Source: Candidatus Tyrphobacter sp. (GTDB taxonomy: Bacteria > Vulcanimicrobiota > Vulcanimicrobiia > Vulcanimicrobiales > Vulcanimicrobiaceae). Taken from it: a stretch of DNA of 64,000 nt. Below the pieces are notes generated by a model. That model was not told where the DNA came from and did no database searches. It saw only the letters and a program-made list of their open reading frames with translations. Shown here piece after piece: positions 47,572 through 57,426 of this stretch (positions are counted from its first letter, which is position 1; every line of letters starts with the position of its first letter). Position numbers and translations under genes: made by a program. Where the stretch lies: NCBI GenBank assembly GCA_036567865.1, contig DATCTQ010000023.1:15995-79994 (forward strand). Direction: 5' to 3'.

Positions 47572-48449
47572 GCGCCCGCCGCCTGCCAACCGCCGCCCGA
47601 CGCAAACGCCGTCGCAAAGACGGCGAAAGCGGGCGGGAGCTGCAGGCGCTGCGCGATCGCGTCGCGCGCCGCGACATTCGCCGCCAGCGCGAAGACGCAG
47701 GATCCCGATCCCGAGAGCAACGGTCGCTGCGCGCCCGCCGAATGCAATGCGCCCACCGCTCGCCGAACCGACGGCTCCTCCATCGCGAGGTCGTGAAAAT
47801 CGTTCGAGAGCAATGCCTCGACCGCGGCATAGTCGCCGCGCTGCAGTGCTTCGACGCAGGCGAGGGAGGGCGAATCGCTGCGCGGTCGGATTTTGCGCTC
47901 GCGTCGGTCGAGCGCGGCGTAAGCCTCCGCGGTCGAGATATGTGCAGGCGGCCGTACGATCAGTACCGGCCACGCCGGGATTGCGCCGAGCGCCGTCACG
48001 CGTTCACCTGTTCCTTCGACCAGCGCGGCCGTCCGAGCCAAGAAGAAGGGCACGTCGGAGCCGAGGCTGTGCCCGATCGCCAGCCAGTCGAGAGCAGGAG
48101 CGGGACCGAAGACGCCTTCCATCGCGGCCAGCAGGATTGCGGCCGCGTCGCTCGATCCGCCGCCCAAGCCTGCTTCGACGGGAATGCGCTTTCGCAGCGT
48201 CACCTTTGCATGCGGCTCGAAGCCTGCCGACGCGAGCGCGCGAAGGGCGCGCAGCGCGAGGTTCTCGTCTCCGGCGAGCGAGGCGTCGTCGCAGGCGAAA
48301 GCGAGCACGCCGCTTGGATCGACCTCGATTTCGTCGGCGAGTTCGAGCGGGACCATCACGCTGCGAAGCCCGTGGTAGCCGTCTTCGCGTCGTCCCAGCA
48401 CCTCGAGCGTCAGGTTGATCTTGGCCGGAGCGCGCAGCGTTTTCGCCAC
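47568..48449 (-). CDS. ispE: 4-diphosphocytidyl-2-C-methyl-D-erythritol kinase
   Basis: APAKINLTLEVLGRREDGYH and GLGGGSSDAAA (GHMP kinase motif). The start was set at GTG 48449. The track ORF reaches 48551. Confidence 0.85.
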   Translation of the reverse strand: MAKTLRAPAKINLTLEVLGRREDGYHGLRSVMVPLELADEIEVDPSGVLAFACDDASLAGDENLALRALRALASAGFEPHAKVTLRKRIPVEAGLGGGSSDAAAILLAAMEGVFGPAPALDWLAIGHSLGSDVPFFLARTAALVEGTGERVTALGAIPAWPVLIVRPPAHISTAEAYAALDRRERKIRPRSDSPSLACVEALQRGDYAAVEALLSNDFHDLAMEEPSVRRAVGALHSAGAQRPLLSGSGSCVFALAANVAARDAIAQRLQLPPAFAVFATAFASGGGWQAAGA

Positions 48450-48524
48450 GAGAGCGCGATGCGCGAGCGCGAGCGGGGCATCCTGCCCGGAAGGCGCGGC
48501 CGCCGGCACGCAAAAGGTTGGGGC

Positions 48525-50981
48525 ATGGGGCCCAGCTACGACGCGCAGCACAACGAGTATTGCGCGTACGTCCTCTCTGAGGATATGACGCCGTACGGGC
48601 TGCTGTTGGGCAACTACAAATCCTACGCGCAGTCGACGGCGAAGGGTGGCGTTCGCGGCCTATGGGACGCCGACACCGATCGCATCATCTTCGGCACGCA
48701 CCAAATCGCCTATCGGTTACGGGACGGCCGCCAGACGCTTTTCCCGTATCAAATCACGCGCGAGTTCACGTTTCTACCGTACGCGCAGCTCTCCGAGTTT
48801 ACGCTGGAGAACCGCCTCCACGTCACCGAGGCTTTCTACGTTCCCCACGGGGCGGCGTTCGACCGTGCCGTCTCCTTTGCCGTCGACGTCACCCTCTATA
48901 ACTCCGGCGCTTCCGAGATCGAGGTCTCGCTTTTCCCATGGGCGCTACTAATCGGCCAACGTTTTTACGGCGAGCCCGAACATGAAGTTCAAGCGCACGT
49001 CGACGGGCGCTATATCTGCTCGCGCAATCTGGAGACGGGTGGCGAGCGCTGGTGGGGCGGCTCGCGCACACCGACCGCCGTCAACCTCTCGCTTCGCGAG
49101 CAGGTCTTGCTCGAGCACATGCGCCGCGGCGCGCTCATTCCGGGAATCGAGAATCACGAGCTCGGCGAGCTGACGCCGGAGGCGGCCGAGCTGGTCAGCC
49201 GGCGCATCTTCGGTGCCTTCGAGTATCGCATCGTCGTCGCACCGGGAGCGCGCGAGTCGCTTCGGCTCGCCGTCGTCTATCACGCGGGCGGCGTGGAGCG
49301 CAGCCGGCCGGTATTGGAAGCGCTGCTGCAGGATCCGCGCGCACTGCACGACACGCAGCACTATTTCGGCGAGCGCCTCTCCGACGCGCGCATCATGACG
49401 CCGTCGCCGCTCATCAGCCGCGGCGTCGTGTGGGCAAAGGCAAACATGCTGCGCATCGTCAAGGAATACCCGCAGGGCTGGGGTTCGACGAATTCGCCGC
49501 CCTCCGACATCCTGGTTTCGCGCGACACGTCCTGGTTCGTGCACGCCTACGACTACTTCTGGCCGGAATTTAGCCGCGATGCGCTCGAAGTATTCAATCA
49601 TTTTGCCGACGAGAGCGGCCTCATGGTCGAATATGTGCGCGGGGTCAACGGGTTCAAGACGAGTTACGACCTCAATATCAACGACGATACACCGCTGCAC
49701 TTGATCGCGATGCTTCACCACTACAATGCGACGCTCGACGATGCGTGGGTGCGGGAGCACCACGCGTTGATCGTCAGGACAGCAGACTACCTGCTCTCGC
49801 AACGCGATAGTTACGGCCTAGTCTTCTGTAAGGCCTCGGGCGTGGACATGTACGGCATCTCGTCGTGGCGCAACATTATTCCGTACTACACGCTCGATGG
49901 CGCGGTGACGGAGATCAATGCCGAAGCGGTCTTCGCCCTCGAAGCGGCGGCGATGCTCTGCGCCGTGGTCGAAGACCAGGAGCATTGGGAGAAGTACGGC
50001 CAGGAAGCGCAAAACCTGCGCGCGGCGATGATGAACCAGCTCTACAACGAAGACACTCGCGCGTTCGTGCTCAACTACGATCAGGATCGCAACTACCAAG
50101 ATAACTTTACGGCCGACGAGGTTTTCCCGGTGCTCTTCGGCGTCGCCGCGCACGAACAGCGCCGCGCGATCCTCGACCGTCTGCTCGAAGGCGATTTCGT
50201 CACGCCCGTCGGCCTGCGCACGATTTCCACCGCGGATTCGTGGTATTTCCCGTCCTACGGGTACGGTTTGCTCGGCGGCGTTTGGCCCGATCTCACCATG
50301 TGGTTCGCACTCGCGCTCGCGCGGCATCATCTGGTCGATGAGGCCGTGCACTTTCTCGATGCGACCTACGAAGCGATGGAGGGCGGCAGCCCGCGAAACA
50401 CTGTTCCCGGCGAGTTCGGCGAGTGGTTCGACGGAGGATCGCTCAGCAATCGCGGCATGTACCTCTCGCCGTGGACCGGCGCGAAATATCTTTGGGCGGT
50501 CGCAGAGACGGTGGGCGGTCTCGACGGTTATCGCACGAGCGGGCGACCGCACTTGGTTCCGTTGCGCCCGAAGGGTTGGGAATGGGTCGCCGCTGCGCGT
50601 GTACATTGGGGCGGCCGGCGGTGCAGCTACGTCATCGATCTGCGCAACGACGTGATCTACGGCGACATGCCGGAGCTGTCGGCGGAGGAGCCGTTCACGT
50701 GTATACATGCGGGCCGCGACGTGAGTGACGAGGTGACGACCTCGCCTGTCGAGGTCGGTGCGGTCGCCTTCGAAGACGAGAACGGCGCCGTTCGGATATT
50801 CCTGGGGAATCTATACGATCGCGCGCGCGACGTGGCGGTCGAGTTTCGCGGTCACGCCGCGCGCGTCGAGATGAAGGCCGGGGCCCTGGCCGAGGTGCAC
50901 CTCATGGGTACCCCGACGACTCGGCGGGCCCGCGCCGCGCGGCTCGACGTCGTGCGCCCCGCCGCGGCTCGGCGCTCTTAG
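48525..50981 (+). CDS. amylo-alpha-1,6-glucosidase / glycogen-debranching (GDE_C) family protein
   Basis: Internal ATG of ORF 47439..50981 (MGPSYDAQHNEY...), about 818 aa. (alpha/alpha)6-type region with GLRTISTADSWYFPSYGYGLLGGVWPDLTMWF. The upstream 362 aa of the ORF are antisense artefact. Confidence 0.8.
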   Translation: MGPSYDAQHNEYCAYVLSEDMTPYGLLLGNYKSYAQSTAKGGVRGLWDADTDRIIFGTHQIAYRLRDGRQTLFPYQITREFTFLPYAQLSEFTLENRLHVTEAFYVPHGAAFDRAVSFAVDVTLYNSGASEIEVSLFPWALLIGQRFYGEPEHEVQAHVDGRYICSRNLETGGERWWGGSRTPTAVNLSLREQVLLEHMRRGALIPGIENHELGELTPEAAELVSRRIFGAFEYRIVVAPGARESLRLAVVYHAGGVERSRPVLEALLQDPRALHDTQHYFGERLSDARIMTPSPLISRGVVWAKANMLRIVKEYPQGWGSTNSPPSDILVSRDTSWFVHAYDYFWPEFSRDALEVFNHFADESGLMVEYVRGVNGFKTSYDLNINDDTPLHLIAMLHHYNATLDDAWVREHHALIVRTADYLLSQRDSYGLVFCKASGVDMYGISSWRNIIPYYTLDGAVTEINAEAVFALEAAAMLCAVVEDQEHWEKYGQEAQNLRAAMMNQLYNEDTRAFVLNYDQDRNYQDNFTADEVFPVLFGVAAHEQRRAILDRLLEGDFVTPVGLRTISTADSWYFPSYGYGLLGGVWPDLTMWFALALARHHLVDEAVHFLDATYEAMEGGSPRNTVPGEFGEWFDGGSLSNRGMYLSPWTGAKYLWAVAETVGGLDGYRTSGRPHLVPLRPKGWEWVAAARVHWGGRRCSYVIDLRNDVIYGDMPELSAEEPFTCIHAGRDVSDEVTTSPVEVGAVAFEDENGAVRIFLGNLYDRARDVAVEFRGHAARVEMKAGALAEVHLMGTPTTRRARAARLDVVRPAAARRS

Positions 50982-51003
50982 GAGCGACAAGCTCCTTAGG
51001 ACT

Positions 51004-51025
51004 GCCTTCGCCCGGCGGCGAAGGC
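51004..51025 (+). terminator. GC hairpin downstream of the glucosidase gene
   Basis: GCCTTCGCC-CGGC-GGCGAAGGC, a 9-bp perfect stem 23 nt after the stop. No U-tract, so the terminator role is tentative. Confidence 0.3.
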
Positions 51026-51034
51026 TCCGCATCC

Positions 51035-51487
51035 TTGGATCCCTCCAAACGATTTGCGGCGCTCGTCTTAGCGCTCGGAACCGTCGTCTTGCTGCTCGCG
51101 ATTGCGGTTGGGCAGCGCATGGGCTATCGCTTGCTAGGCCAATCCACCGAGTTGACCCCAGCGGTCCTTCCCACGGTGCTGATCACGCCGGAGCCGGCCG
51201 ACGCGAACGGCGGCGTCTACGGGCCGGACTGGCGCCGCTCGCAGACGCTCTCCGGCGCTCCGGATCCGGGCTTCCCCGACCCACGTGTGCCGCCCGCGCC
51301 GCTCCCGACGCGCCCGCCCGCGCCTCCGCCTCCGAGCCCCGAGCGCGCCACGCCGACGCGCAACCCCAACATCCCCATCTGGCGGCAGAGCCCGATTCCC
51401 ACTGAATCGCCGGTTCCGGCCTCGCCGCGGGCCGCAGCGACCGGGGCTGCACCATCGCCGGGTGCAACCGCGCACCCACCCTGGTAG
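51035..51487 (+). CDS. membrane-anchored proline-rich protein
   Basis: TTG start. TM anchor FAALVLALGTVVLLLAIAV followed by a Pro-rich tail (PPAPLPTRPPAPPPPSP). Low-complexity sequence, so coding status is moderate. Confidence 0.45.
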   Translation: MDPSKRFAALVLALGTVVLLLAIAVGQRMGYRLLGQSTELTPAVLPTVLITPEPADANGGVYGPDWRRSQTLSGAPDPGFPDPRVPPAPLPTRPPAPPPPSPERATPTRNPNIPIWRQSPIPTESPVPASPRAAATGAAPSPGATAHPPW

Positions 51488-51499
51488 GATAGAGCTGGT

Positions 51500-52390
51500 A
51501 TGGAACAGACGGGAACCGTCAAGGTCAAGCGCGGGCTCGCGCAGATGCTCAAAGGCGGCGTCATCATGGACGTGGTCACGCCCGAGCACGCCGTCATCGC
51601 GCAGGAAGCCGGCGCGGTATCCGTGATGGCGCTCGAACGGATCCCCGCCGACATTCGCGCGGCAGGAGGCGTCGCGCGGATGAGCTCGCTGGAACTGATT
51701 CAGGCCATCATGGACGCGGTGACGATCCCGGTGATGGCCAAGGTCCGCATCGGACACTTCGCGGAGGCACAAGTCCTCCAATCGATCGGCATCGACTACA
51801 TCGACGAATCGGAAGTGCTGACGCCCGCTGATGACAAGTATCACATTGAGAAGCACGCGTTCACGACGCCGTTCGTCTGCGGCGCGCGAGACCTCGGAGA
51901 GGCGCTGCGCCGCATCGTGGAGGGCGCGGCGATGATTCGCAGCAAGGGCGAAGCCGGGAGCGGAAACATCGTCGAAGCCGTGCGCCACATGCGGGCGATC
52001 GGCGATATGATCCGCGAACTGAGCGTCGCGCCGAAGGAGGAACTGACGGCGCGCGCTCGCGAGCTCGGCGCGCCGCGCGAGCTGGTGGCGGAGGTCGCGC
52101 GCGAGGGGAGATTGCCGGTCGTGCTCTTCTGCGCCGGCGGCGTCTCGACGCCCGCCGACGCCGCGCTGATGATGCAACTCGGCGCGGAGGGGATCTTCGT
52201 GGGCAGCGGCATCTTCAAATCTAAGGACCCGAAGCGCTTCGCGAAAGCGATCGTCGACGCGACCACGCACTACGAAGATCCGAAGATCGTCGCGGAGGCT
52301 TGCCGATCGCTCGGTATGCACGAAGCGATGCCCGGGCTCGACGTGCGCAAACTTCCGGAATCGGAGTTGCTCTCGCACCGAGGCAATTGA
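51500..52390 (+). CDS. pdxS: pyridoxal 5'-phosphate synthase lyase subunit PdxS
   Basis: [51 protein letters not shown]. Confidence 0.95.
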   Translation: MEQTGTVKVKRGLAQMLKGGVIMDVVTPEHAVIAQEAGAVSVMALERIPADIRAAGGVARMSSLELIQAIMDAVTIPVMAKVRIGHFAEAQVLQSIGIDYIDESEVLTPADDKYHIEKHAFTTPFVCGARDLGEALRRIVEGAAMIRSKGEAGSGNIVEAVRHMRAIGDMIRELSVAPKEELTARARELGAPRELVAEVAREGRLPVVLFCAGGVSTPADAALMMQLGAEGIFVGSGIFKSKDPKRFAKAIVDATTHYEDPKIVAEACRSLGMHEAMPGLDVRKLPESELLSHRGN

Positions 52391-53037
52391 TGGCGGAACG
52401 CGATCCGGTCGTCGGTGTGCTCGCATTACAGGGCGACGTCGAAGAACACCTTGCGGCGCTGCGCCGCGCGGGCGCGCAGGCACGCGCGGTAAAGACGCGA
52501 GAGCAACTCGGCTCGCTCGACGGCCTCGTCATCCCCGGGGGGGAGTCGACGACGGTGATGAAGCTCTTGCAGCGTTTCGGCATGGATACGCCGATCGTCG
52601 AGCGCGTGCGACACGGAATGCCGCTCTGGGGCACGTGCATGGGCCTGATCGTCGCCGCGCGCGACGTTGTGGACAAGCAGCAGCCGACGCTCGGGGTGCT
52701 CGACGTAACCGTTCGGCGGAACGCCTTCGGGCGGCAGAACGAGTCGGCGGAAGTCGATCTCGACATAGCGGCGCTCGGGCCGGAGCCCTTCCCAGCCGTG
52801 TTCGTTCGCGCCCCGTGGATCGAGCGCGTCGGCGACAAGGTCGAACTGTTGGCTTCACGTGACGGCCATGGCGCGATGGTGCGCGAGGGGAACGTTCTGG
52901 GTACGTCGTTCCACCCCGAACTCACCCGCGACCCTCGCGTCCATGCGTACTTCCTTTCGATGGTCGAACGCGCGCGCGAAGGGGGCCCGTGCGGCGAAGT
53001 CCGCGCGGGGGCGCGCAGTGCAGTTGACGCCGCATAG
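52390..53037 (+). CDS. pdxT: pyridoxal 5'-phosphate synthase glutaminase subunit PdxT
   Basis: The ATG at 52390 shares 1 nt with the pdxS stop. VGVLALQGDV, LVIPGGESTT, GTCMGLI, TSFHPEL. Confidence 0.9.
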   Translation: MAERDPVVGVLALQGDVEEHLAALRRAGAQARAVKTREQLGSLDGLVIPGGESTTVMKLLQRFGMDTPIVERVRHGMPLWGTCMGLIVAARDVVDKQQPTLGVLDVTVRRNAFGRQNESAEVDLDIAALGPEPFPAVFVRAPWIERVGDKVELLASRDGHGAMVREGNVLGTSFHPELTRDPRVHAYFLSMVERAREGGPCGEVRAGARSAVDAA

Positions 53038-53045
53038 CGGCGAAA

Positions 53046-53071
53046 GCGCAGCGTAGCGCCAGGCGCTGCGC
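53046..53071 (+). terminator. GC hairpin after pdxT
   Basis: GCGCAGCG, 10-nt loop, CGCTGCGC, beginning 9 nt after the stop. No U-tract. Confidence 0.3.
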
Positions 53072-53144
53072 AGGGTGCATCGCCATTCTAAAGGGGGCCC
53101 GCAAATAGGGAAGTGCTCCACCGCCGCATAAGATTGCGCGGCGG

Positions 53145-53435
53145 ATGAGTACCCATGCAGCCCCGGACGCGCAGGCGGCCGGTTTTCAAGGGCAGGTGCC
53201 TCCCGTCACGTCGGTGATGACGGAGGTCATCGGCATGCTCGTGCTCTCTGCTCATGCATACATGGGTGAGAAGGAAGGGCGCGAGGGCGACCTTCCCTCG
53301 GCGGAAGTGGCGATCGACGTGGCATCGCTCGCCTTCGAGCGCGTCAAGGAGCGCCTCACCGCGGAGGAGCGCCTCGCGATCACGCAACTGCTGACCGAGA
53401 CGCGCTTGGCATTCGTCAAGCGGCGCGAAGGGTAG
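53145..53435 (+). CDS. DUF1844-like small protein
   Basis: 96 aa. VIGMLVLSAHAYMGE...GDLPSAEVAIDVASLAFERVKERLTAEERLAITQLLTETRLAFV fits the DUF1844 pattern as I remember it. Confidence 0.6.
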   Translation: MSTHAAPDAQAAGFQGQVPPVTSVMTEVIGMLVLSAHAYMGEKEGREGDLPSAEVAIDVASLAFERVKERLTAEERLAITQLLTETRLAFVKRREG

Positions 53436-53437
53436 CG

Positions 53438-53971
53438 ATGCAGAGCGACGTCCTCGTCCTGAACTTCACGTACGAAGCGCTGAACGTCACGAGTTTCCAG
53501 CGCGCCGTGAAGCTGCTCTTTGCCGGAAAAGCGGAAATCGTCCACAATCTCGAACGCATGCTCGCCTCGACGAGCTTCGAGATGCGCATGCCGTCGATCA
53601 TTCGCATGCTCTACTACATCAAGCGCCCGATGCAAAGGGTCGCACTAACGAAGAAGAACGTGCTGATTCGCGACGACCACACATGCCAATACTGCGGCGC
53701 GCACGGCGAGCGCCTGATGACGGTCGACCACGTCACCCCGAAGAGCCGCGGCGGACCATCGACGTGGGAAAACCTCGTCTGTTCCTGCATGCGCTGCAAC
53801 AACCGAAAGAACAATCGCACGCCGCAGGAGGCGAACCTCTCCCTTCGCCGTAAGCCGCGCCAGCCGAAGTATATCCCCTGGATCCAGGTCAAGCGCAACA
53901 CGCTGCCCGACGAATGGGGCAAGTTCTTGTTCCTCTACAACGTCTCCATCGACGAAAGAATCGAAGCATAA
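53438..53971 (+). CDS. HNH endonuclease
   Basis: CQYCG...DHVTPKSRGGPSTWENLVCSCMRCNNRK, an HNH/zinc-ribbon motif. Confidence 0.8.
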   Translation: MQSDVLVLNFTYEALNVTSFQRAVKLLFAGKAEIVHNLERMLASTSFEMRMPSIIRMLYYIKRPMQRVALTKKNVLIRDDHTCQYCGAHGERLMTVDHVTPKSRGGPSTWENLVCSCMRCNNRKNNRTPQEANLSLRRKPRQPKYIPWIQVKRNTLPDEWGKFLFLYNVSIDERIEA

Positions 53972-54115
53972 GGCCCGGGTGAGGGCGGAGCTCCGACGGC
54001 CGAAGTTGAACGTGTCCGATGTGACCGACGTCCGGCTGTTCGCGCTCCTCTCCGCCGCGCTCCGCGCCGCGGCGTTTGCGATTAGCCACCACTCCACGAC
54101 GGCCAAGGGAATCTA

Positions 54116-54172
54116 GGGAGTTCAACGTCGAGCGCGCTCGAGCGCGCGTGATTCTTGTCCCCTTTTCTTTTT
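54116..54172 (+). terminator. intrinsic-terminator / attenuator-like hairpin immediately upstream of the decarboxylase gene
   Basis: GGGA...GCGCGC-TCGA-GCGCGC...TCCC, followed directly by CTTTTCTTTTT. It ends about 20 nt before the ATG at 54193 (SD GGCAGGAG). Confidence 0.35.
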
Positions 54173-54192
54173 CCGGCAGGAGTGCCACGTCC

Positions 54193-55677
54193 ATGGATCA
54201 ATCGAAGACGCCGTATTTTCAGGCACTGCTCGACTACGTCGATGCGGGCGTCATCCCGTTCCATACGCCCGGCCACATTCAAGGCAACGGCATGGAGCCG
54301 TCGTTCCGAGAGTTCGTCGGCGACAACATCTGCGCCATCGACTTGACGCCCATGCCCGGCATCGACGATCTGCTCCAGCCGACCGAGTCGATCAAGGAGG
54401 CTCAAGAACTAGCCGCGCAGGCGTACGGCGCCGACCATACCTTCTTCCTGATCAACGGTTCGACCAGCGGTAACCAATGCATGATGATGACCGCTGTCAA
54501 CCCCGGCGACAAGATCGCGGTTCCACGCAATTCCCATAAATCGATGTTGGGCGGATTGGTGATGAGCGGCGCGGCGCCTATCTACATGCAGCCCGAAGTC
54601 GACGAGGCGCTGCATATGGACCACTGTGTGACGCCGCAGATCGTGGCCCGGACGTTAGCCGAGCATCCAGACTTGACTGCGATCTACCTGGTCTCGCCGA
54701 CATATTATGGCGTTGCGGCCGACCTGGCCGAAATAGTCCGCATCGCTCACGATGCCGGGAAACTATTGCTGGTCGACGAGGCGTGGGGGCCGCATTTCCA
54801 TTTTCACACCGAGTTGCCGCTCTCGGCAACGGCCGCCGGCGCCGATCTCTCCATCAACTCTACGCACAAGATGCTCTCGGCATTTTCGCAGTGCGCGATG
54901 CTCCACCAGATCGGCGATCGCATCCGTTTCGACCGTCTCCAGAGCGTCATCAAGATATTCCTCTCCACATCGCCGAATCTGCCGATGGTCGCGTCGCTCG
55001 ATGTGGCGCGCATGCAGATGGCAACGCAAGGCGAGGCCCTGCTCTCCCGGACGATCGCGCTTGCGCGGGATGCGCGCGAGCGCATCAACCGCATCGACGG
55101 TCTCTACTGCTTCGGCGATGAGCTCAAGGGCCGCCCGGGCGTCTTCGACGTCGATCCGACCAAAGTGGCGGTCACGGTGCGCGGCCTCGGCTACACGGGT
55201 TACGAGGCATCGGAGTTGCTGCGCCGGCGCTACAACATCCAAGTCGAGCTGGCCGATCTCTTCAACATCGTTGCGCTCTTCACGATCGGAACCACGCCTC
55301 AGGCCGCGGATCGATTCGTCGGCGCGCTCGAAGAACTGGCTCGCGACGAGCGCCCGGTCGACATGTTCGCGCGCTCGGGCATCCTCGAGCAGCGGCTCAA
55401 CCGCGGCAGCTACCGGCTGCCGAAGATTCCGCCGATGCGCATGCTCCCGCGCGAGGCATTCCTCGCGCCGACCGAGTTCGTGTCGTTTCGCAAGAGCAAA
55501 GGACGCATCTGTGCGGAGACGATCGCGCCCTATCCGCCGGGAATCCCGGTCGTCGCTCCCGGCGAGGAGATCACCGACGAGGCCCTGCGTTACTTGCGGC
55601 TGGAACTCAAGGCCGGCGTGCGCATTCAAGGCCCCCACGACGCCGAACTGCGCAACATCCGCGTGGTTAAAGAATAG
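54193..55677 (+). CDS. PLP-dependent Orn/Lys/Arg decarboxylase (major-domain family)
   Basis: Internal ATG of ORF 54076..55677. FHTPGH, INGSTSGN and NSTHKML (PLP lysine) motifs, about 494 aa. Confidence 0.9.
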   Translation: MDQSKTPYFQALLDYVDAGVIPFHTPGHIQGNGMEPSFREFVGDNICAIDLTPMPGIDDLLQPTESIKEAQELAAQAYGADHTFFLINGSTSGNQCMMMTAVNPGDKIAVPRNSHKSMLGGLVMSGAAPIYMQPEVDEALHMDHCVTPQIVARTLAEHPDLTAIYLVSPTYYGVAADLAEIVRIAHDAGKLLLVDEAWGPHFHFHTELPLSATAAGADLSINSTHKMLSAFSQCAMLHQIGDRIRFDRLQSVIKIFLSTSPNLPMVASLDVARMQMATQGEALLSRTIALARDARERINRIDGLYCFGDELKGRPGVFDVDPTKVAVTVRGLGYTGYEASELLRRRYNIQVELADLFNIVALFTIGTTPQAADRFVGALEELARDERPVDMFARSGILEQRLNRGSYRLPKIPPMRMLPREAFLAPTEFVSFRKSKGRICAETIAPYPPGIPVVAPGEEITDEALRYLRLELKAGVRIQGPHDAELRNIRVVKE

Positions 55678-55887
55678 GCCTATCTGGCGCGCCCGGAGGG
55701 GCGTCCCATCCGAGAAGCTGCAACTTTTTTGGACTTTTTCATACGGATGTGAAACTTCAAAACTTTGTTCTTCCAAAAAAGTGCCGCAGCGCGAGCGAGC
55801 CCGGATGGCGAGCGAGCAGCGGTTCGAGGAGGGGGCGTGCCTCCGGGCGCACCAGGTATAAGGCCACGGGAGAGAAAATGATGCGGC

Positions 55888-57426
55888 GTGGCTGTGAAGG
55901 CCGAGAGCATTTCCCCGAACTGGGAACTCTCACAACTCCTCGACATCTTCCCGCTCGCCATTCGTCAGGCGCTCGTGCGCCTTCCCAACGTCGAAGCTAC
56001 CATCGAGGTCGTTCTCGATCTCGGCCGACCGCCGGAGGCGCGCTTCGAGCACGATTTCACGTATTTGAGCGACGCCCCGGTGACGAACGAGGACATCGCG
56101 CACGTCTGCTCGCGCGTTTCGTCCTTCGGCGGCGACAACCGCGCTGGCATCGAGCAGACCCTGCACCGCATCAGCGCAATTCGCAACCGTAACGGTAAGA
56201 TCGTCGGACTCACGTGTCGCGTCGGGCGGGCGGTCTATGGAACGATCGACATTCTGCTCGACGTGTTGCGCAGCGGTGATTCCGTCTGCCTGCTGGGTCG
56301 CCCGGGCGTCGGCAAGACCACGATGCTACGCGAGTGCGCGCGCGTGCTTTCAGAAGAGCGCAAGCGTGTCGTGATCGTCGACACGTCGAACGAAATTGCC
56401 GGCGACGGCGACGTCCCGCATCCCGGCATCGGCCTCGCGCGTAGGATGCAGGTCGCGGATCCCGGCTTGCAGCACGCGATCATGATCGAAGCCGTGGAAA
56501 ACCACATGCCCGAGGTCGTCGTCATCGACGAGATCGGCACCGCTGCGGAAGCCGAGGCAGCGCGGACTATCGCCGAACGCGGCGTGACGCTGATCGGAAC
56601 GGCGCACGGGCAGACGCTTGAGAATCTCTTGATGAACCCGACGCTCTCCGATCTCGTGGGGGGGATCGGTGCGGTCACACTCTCCGATGAGGAGGCGCGC
56701 CGCCGCGGAACGCGCAAGACCGTGCTCGAGCGCAAGGCGCCGCCGACCTTCGACGTCGTGGTCGAGATCCAAGGGCGCGATCGATTAGCCATTCACAAGA
56801 GCGTCGGCGACGTCGTCGACGCACTGCTGCGCGGGTATCAGCCGCAGCCGGAGGTGCGCCGCCGCGAGCCGAGCGGCGCGGTCACGGTGGTACAGGAAGC
56901 CGATACCGAGTCGATGCCGGTACTGCCCGAATCCTTCGAGCCCGCGCAGATGCGCAGCGAAGCGGAAGGGGCGCTCTCGATCTTCCCGTACGGCGTCTCG
57001 CGCAGCAAGATCGAGCGCGCGATCCATAATCTGCGCGTGCACGCTTCGATCGCGCGCACGTGGGACGACGCCGATGTCGTGATCACCCTCAAAGCCCTGG
57101 AACGCAAGGGGCAGCCCAAACTCAAGCAAATCGCTTCGGACAACGTTCCGATTTATTCGATCAAGACGAACACGACGACGCAAATCCAGAGCGCTTTGCG
57201 CGACGTCTTCAACCTCGGCTCGATCGACCGCGAAGAACTGGCGCTGCGCGAGGCGGAGGAAGCGATCTATCAAGTGCTTCTCACGAACCAGGCCATCGAG
57301 TTGTCTCCAGCGACCTCGTACGTCCGCCGGATGCAGCACCAACTCGCCGAGCGGTACCGTCTGCAGTCGCGAAGCACGGGCCTCGAGCCGAATCGCCGCG
57401 TGCGCATCTTCAAGACCGAAGAATAG
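55888..57426 (+). CDS. AAA ATPase with C-terminal R3H-like domain (Ycf45/SpoIIIAA-like)
   Basis: Walker A GRPGVGKTT and Walker B VVVIDEIG. TAHG motif. The C-terminal YVRRMQHQLAERYRL is R3H-like. GTG start. Confidence 0.8.
   Translation: MAVKAESISPNWELSQLLDIFPLAIRQALVRLPNVEATIEVVLDLGRPPEARFEHDFTYLSDAPVTNEDIAHVCSRVSSFGGDNRAGIEQTLHRISAIRNRNGKIVGLTCRVGRAVYGTIDILLDVLRSGDSVCLLGRPGVGKTTMLRECARVLSEERKRVVIVDTSNEIAGDGDVPHPGIGLARRMQVADPGLQHAIMIEAVENHMPEVVVIDEIGTAAEAEAARTIAERGVTLIGTAHGQTLENLLMNPTLSDLVGGIGAVTLSDEEARRRGTRKTVLERKAPPTFDVVVEIQGRDRLAIHKSVGDVVDALLRGYQPQPEVRRREPSGAVTVVQEADTESMPVLPESFEPAQMRSEAEGALSIFPYGVSRSKIERAIHNLRVHASIARTWDDADVVITLKALERKGQPKLKQIASDNVPIYSIKTNTTTQIQSALRDVFNLGSIDREELALREAEEAIYQVLLTNQAIELSPATSYVRRMQHQLAERYRLQSRSTGLEPNRRVRIFKTEE

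Noticed and set aside
47439-48524. 362-aa N-terminal extension of the glucosidase ORF (47439..50981)
   Set aside because: The Arg-rich extension overlaps ispE and the nucleotidyltransferase on the opposite strand. The glucosidase homology begins only at MGPSYDAQ (48525).
51134-52483. 449-aa minus-strand ORF opposite pdxS
   Set aside because: Antisense to one of the most conserved genes in the window. The translation is Arg/Asp/His-rich and lacks motifs.
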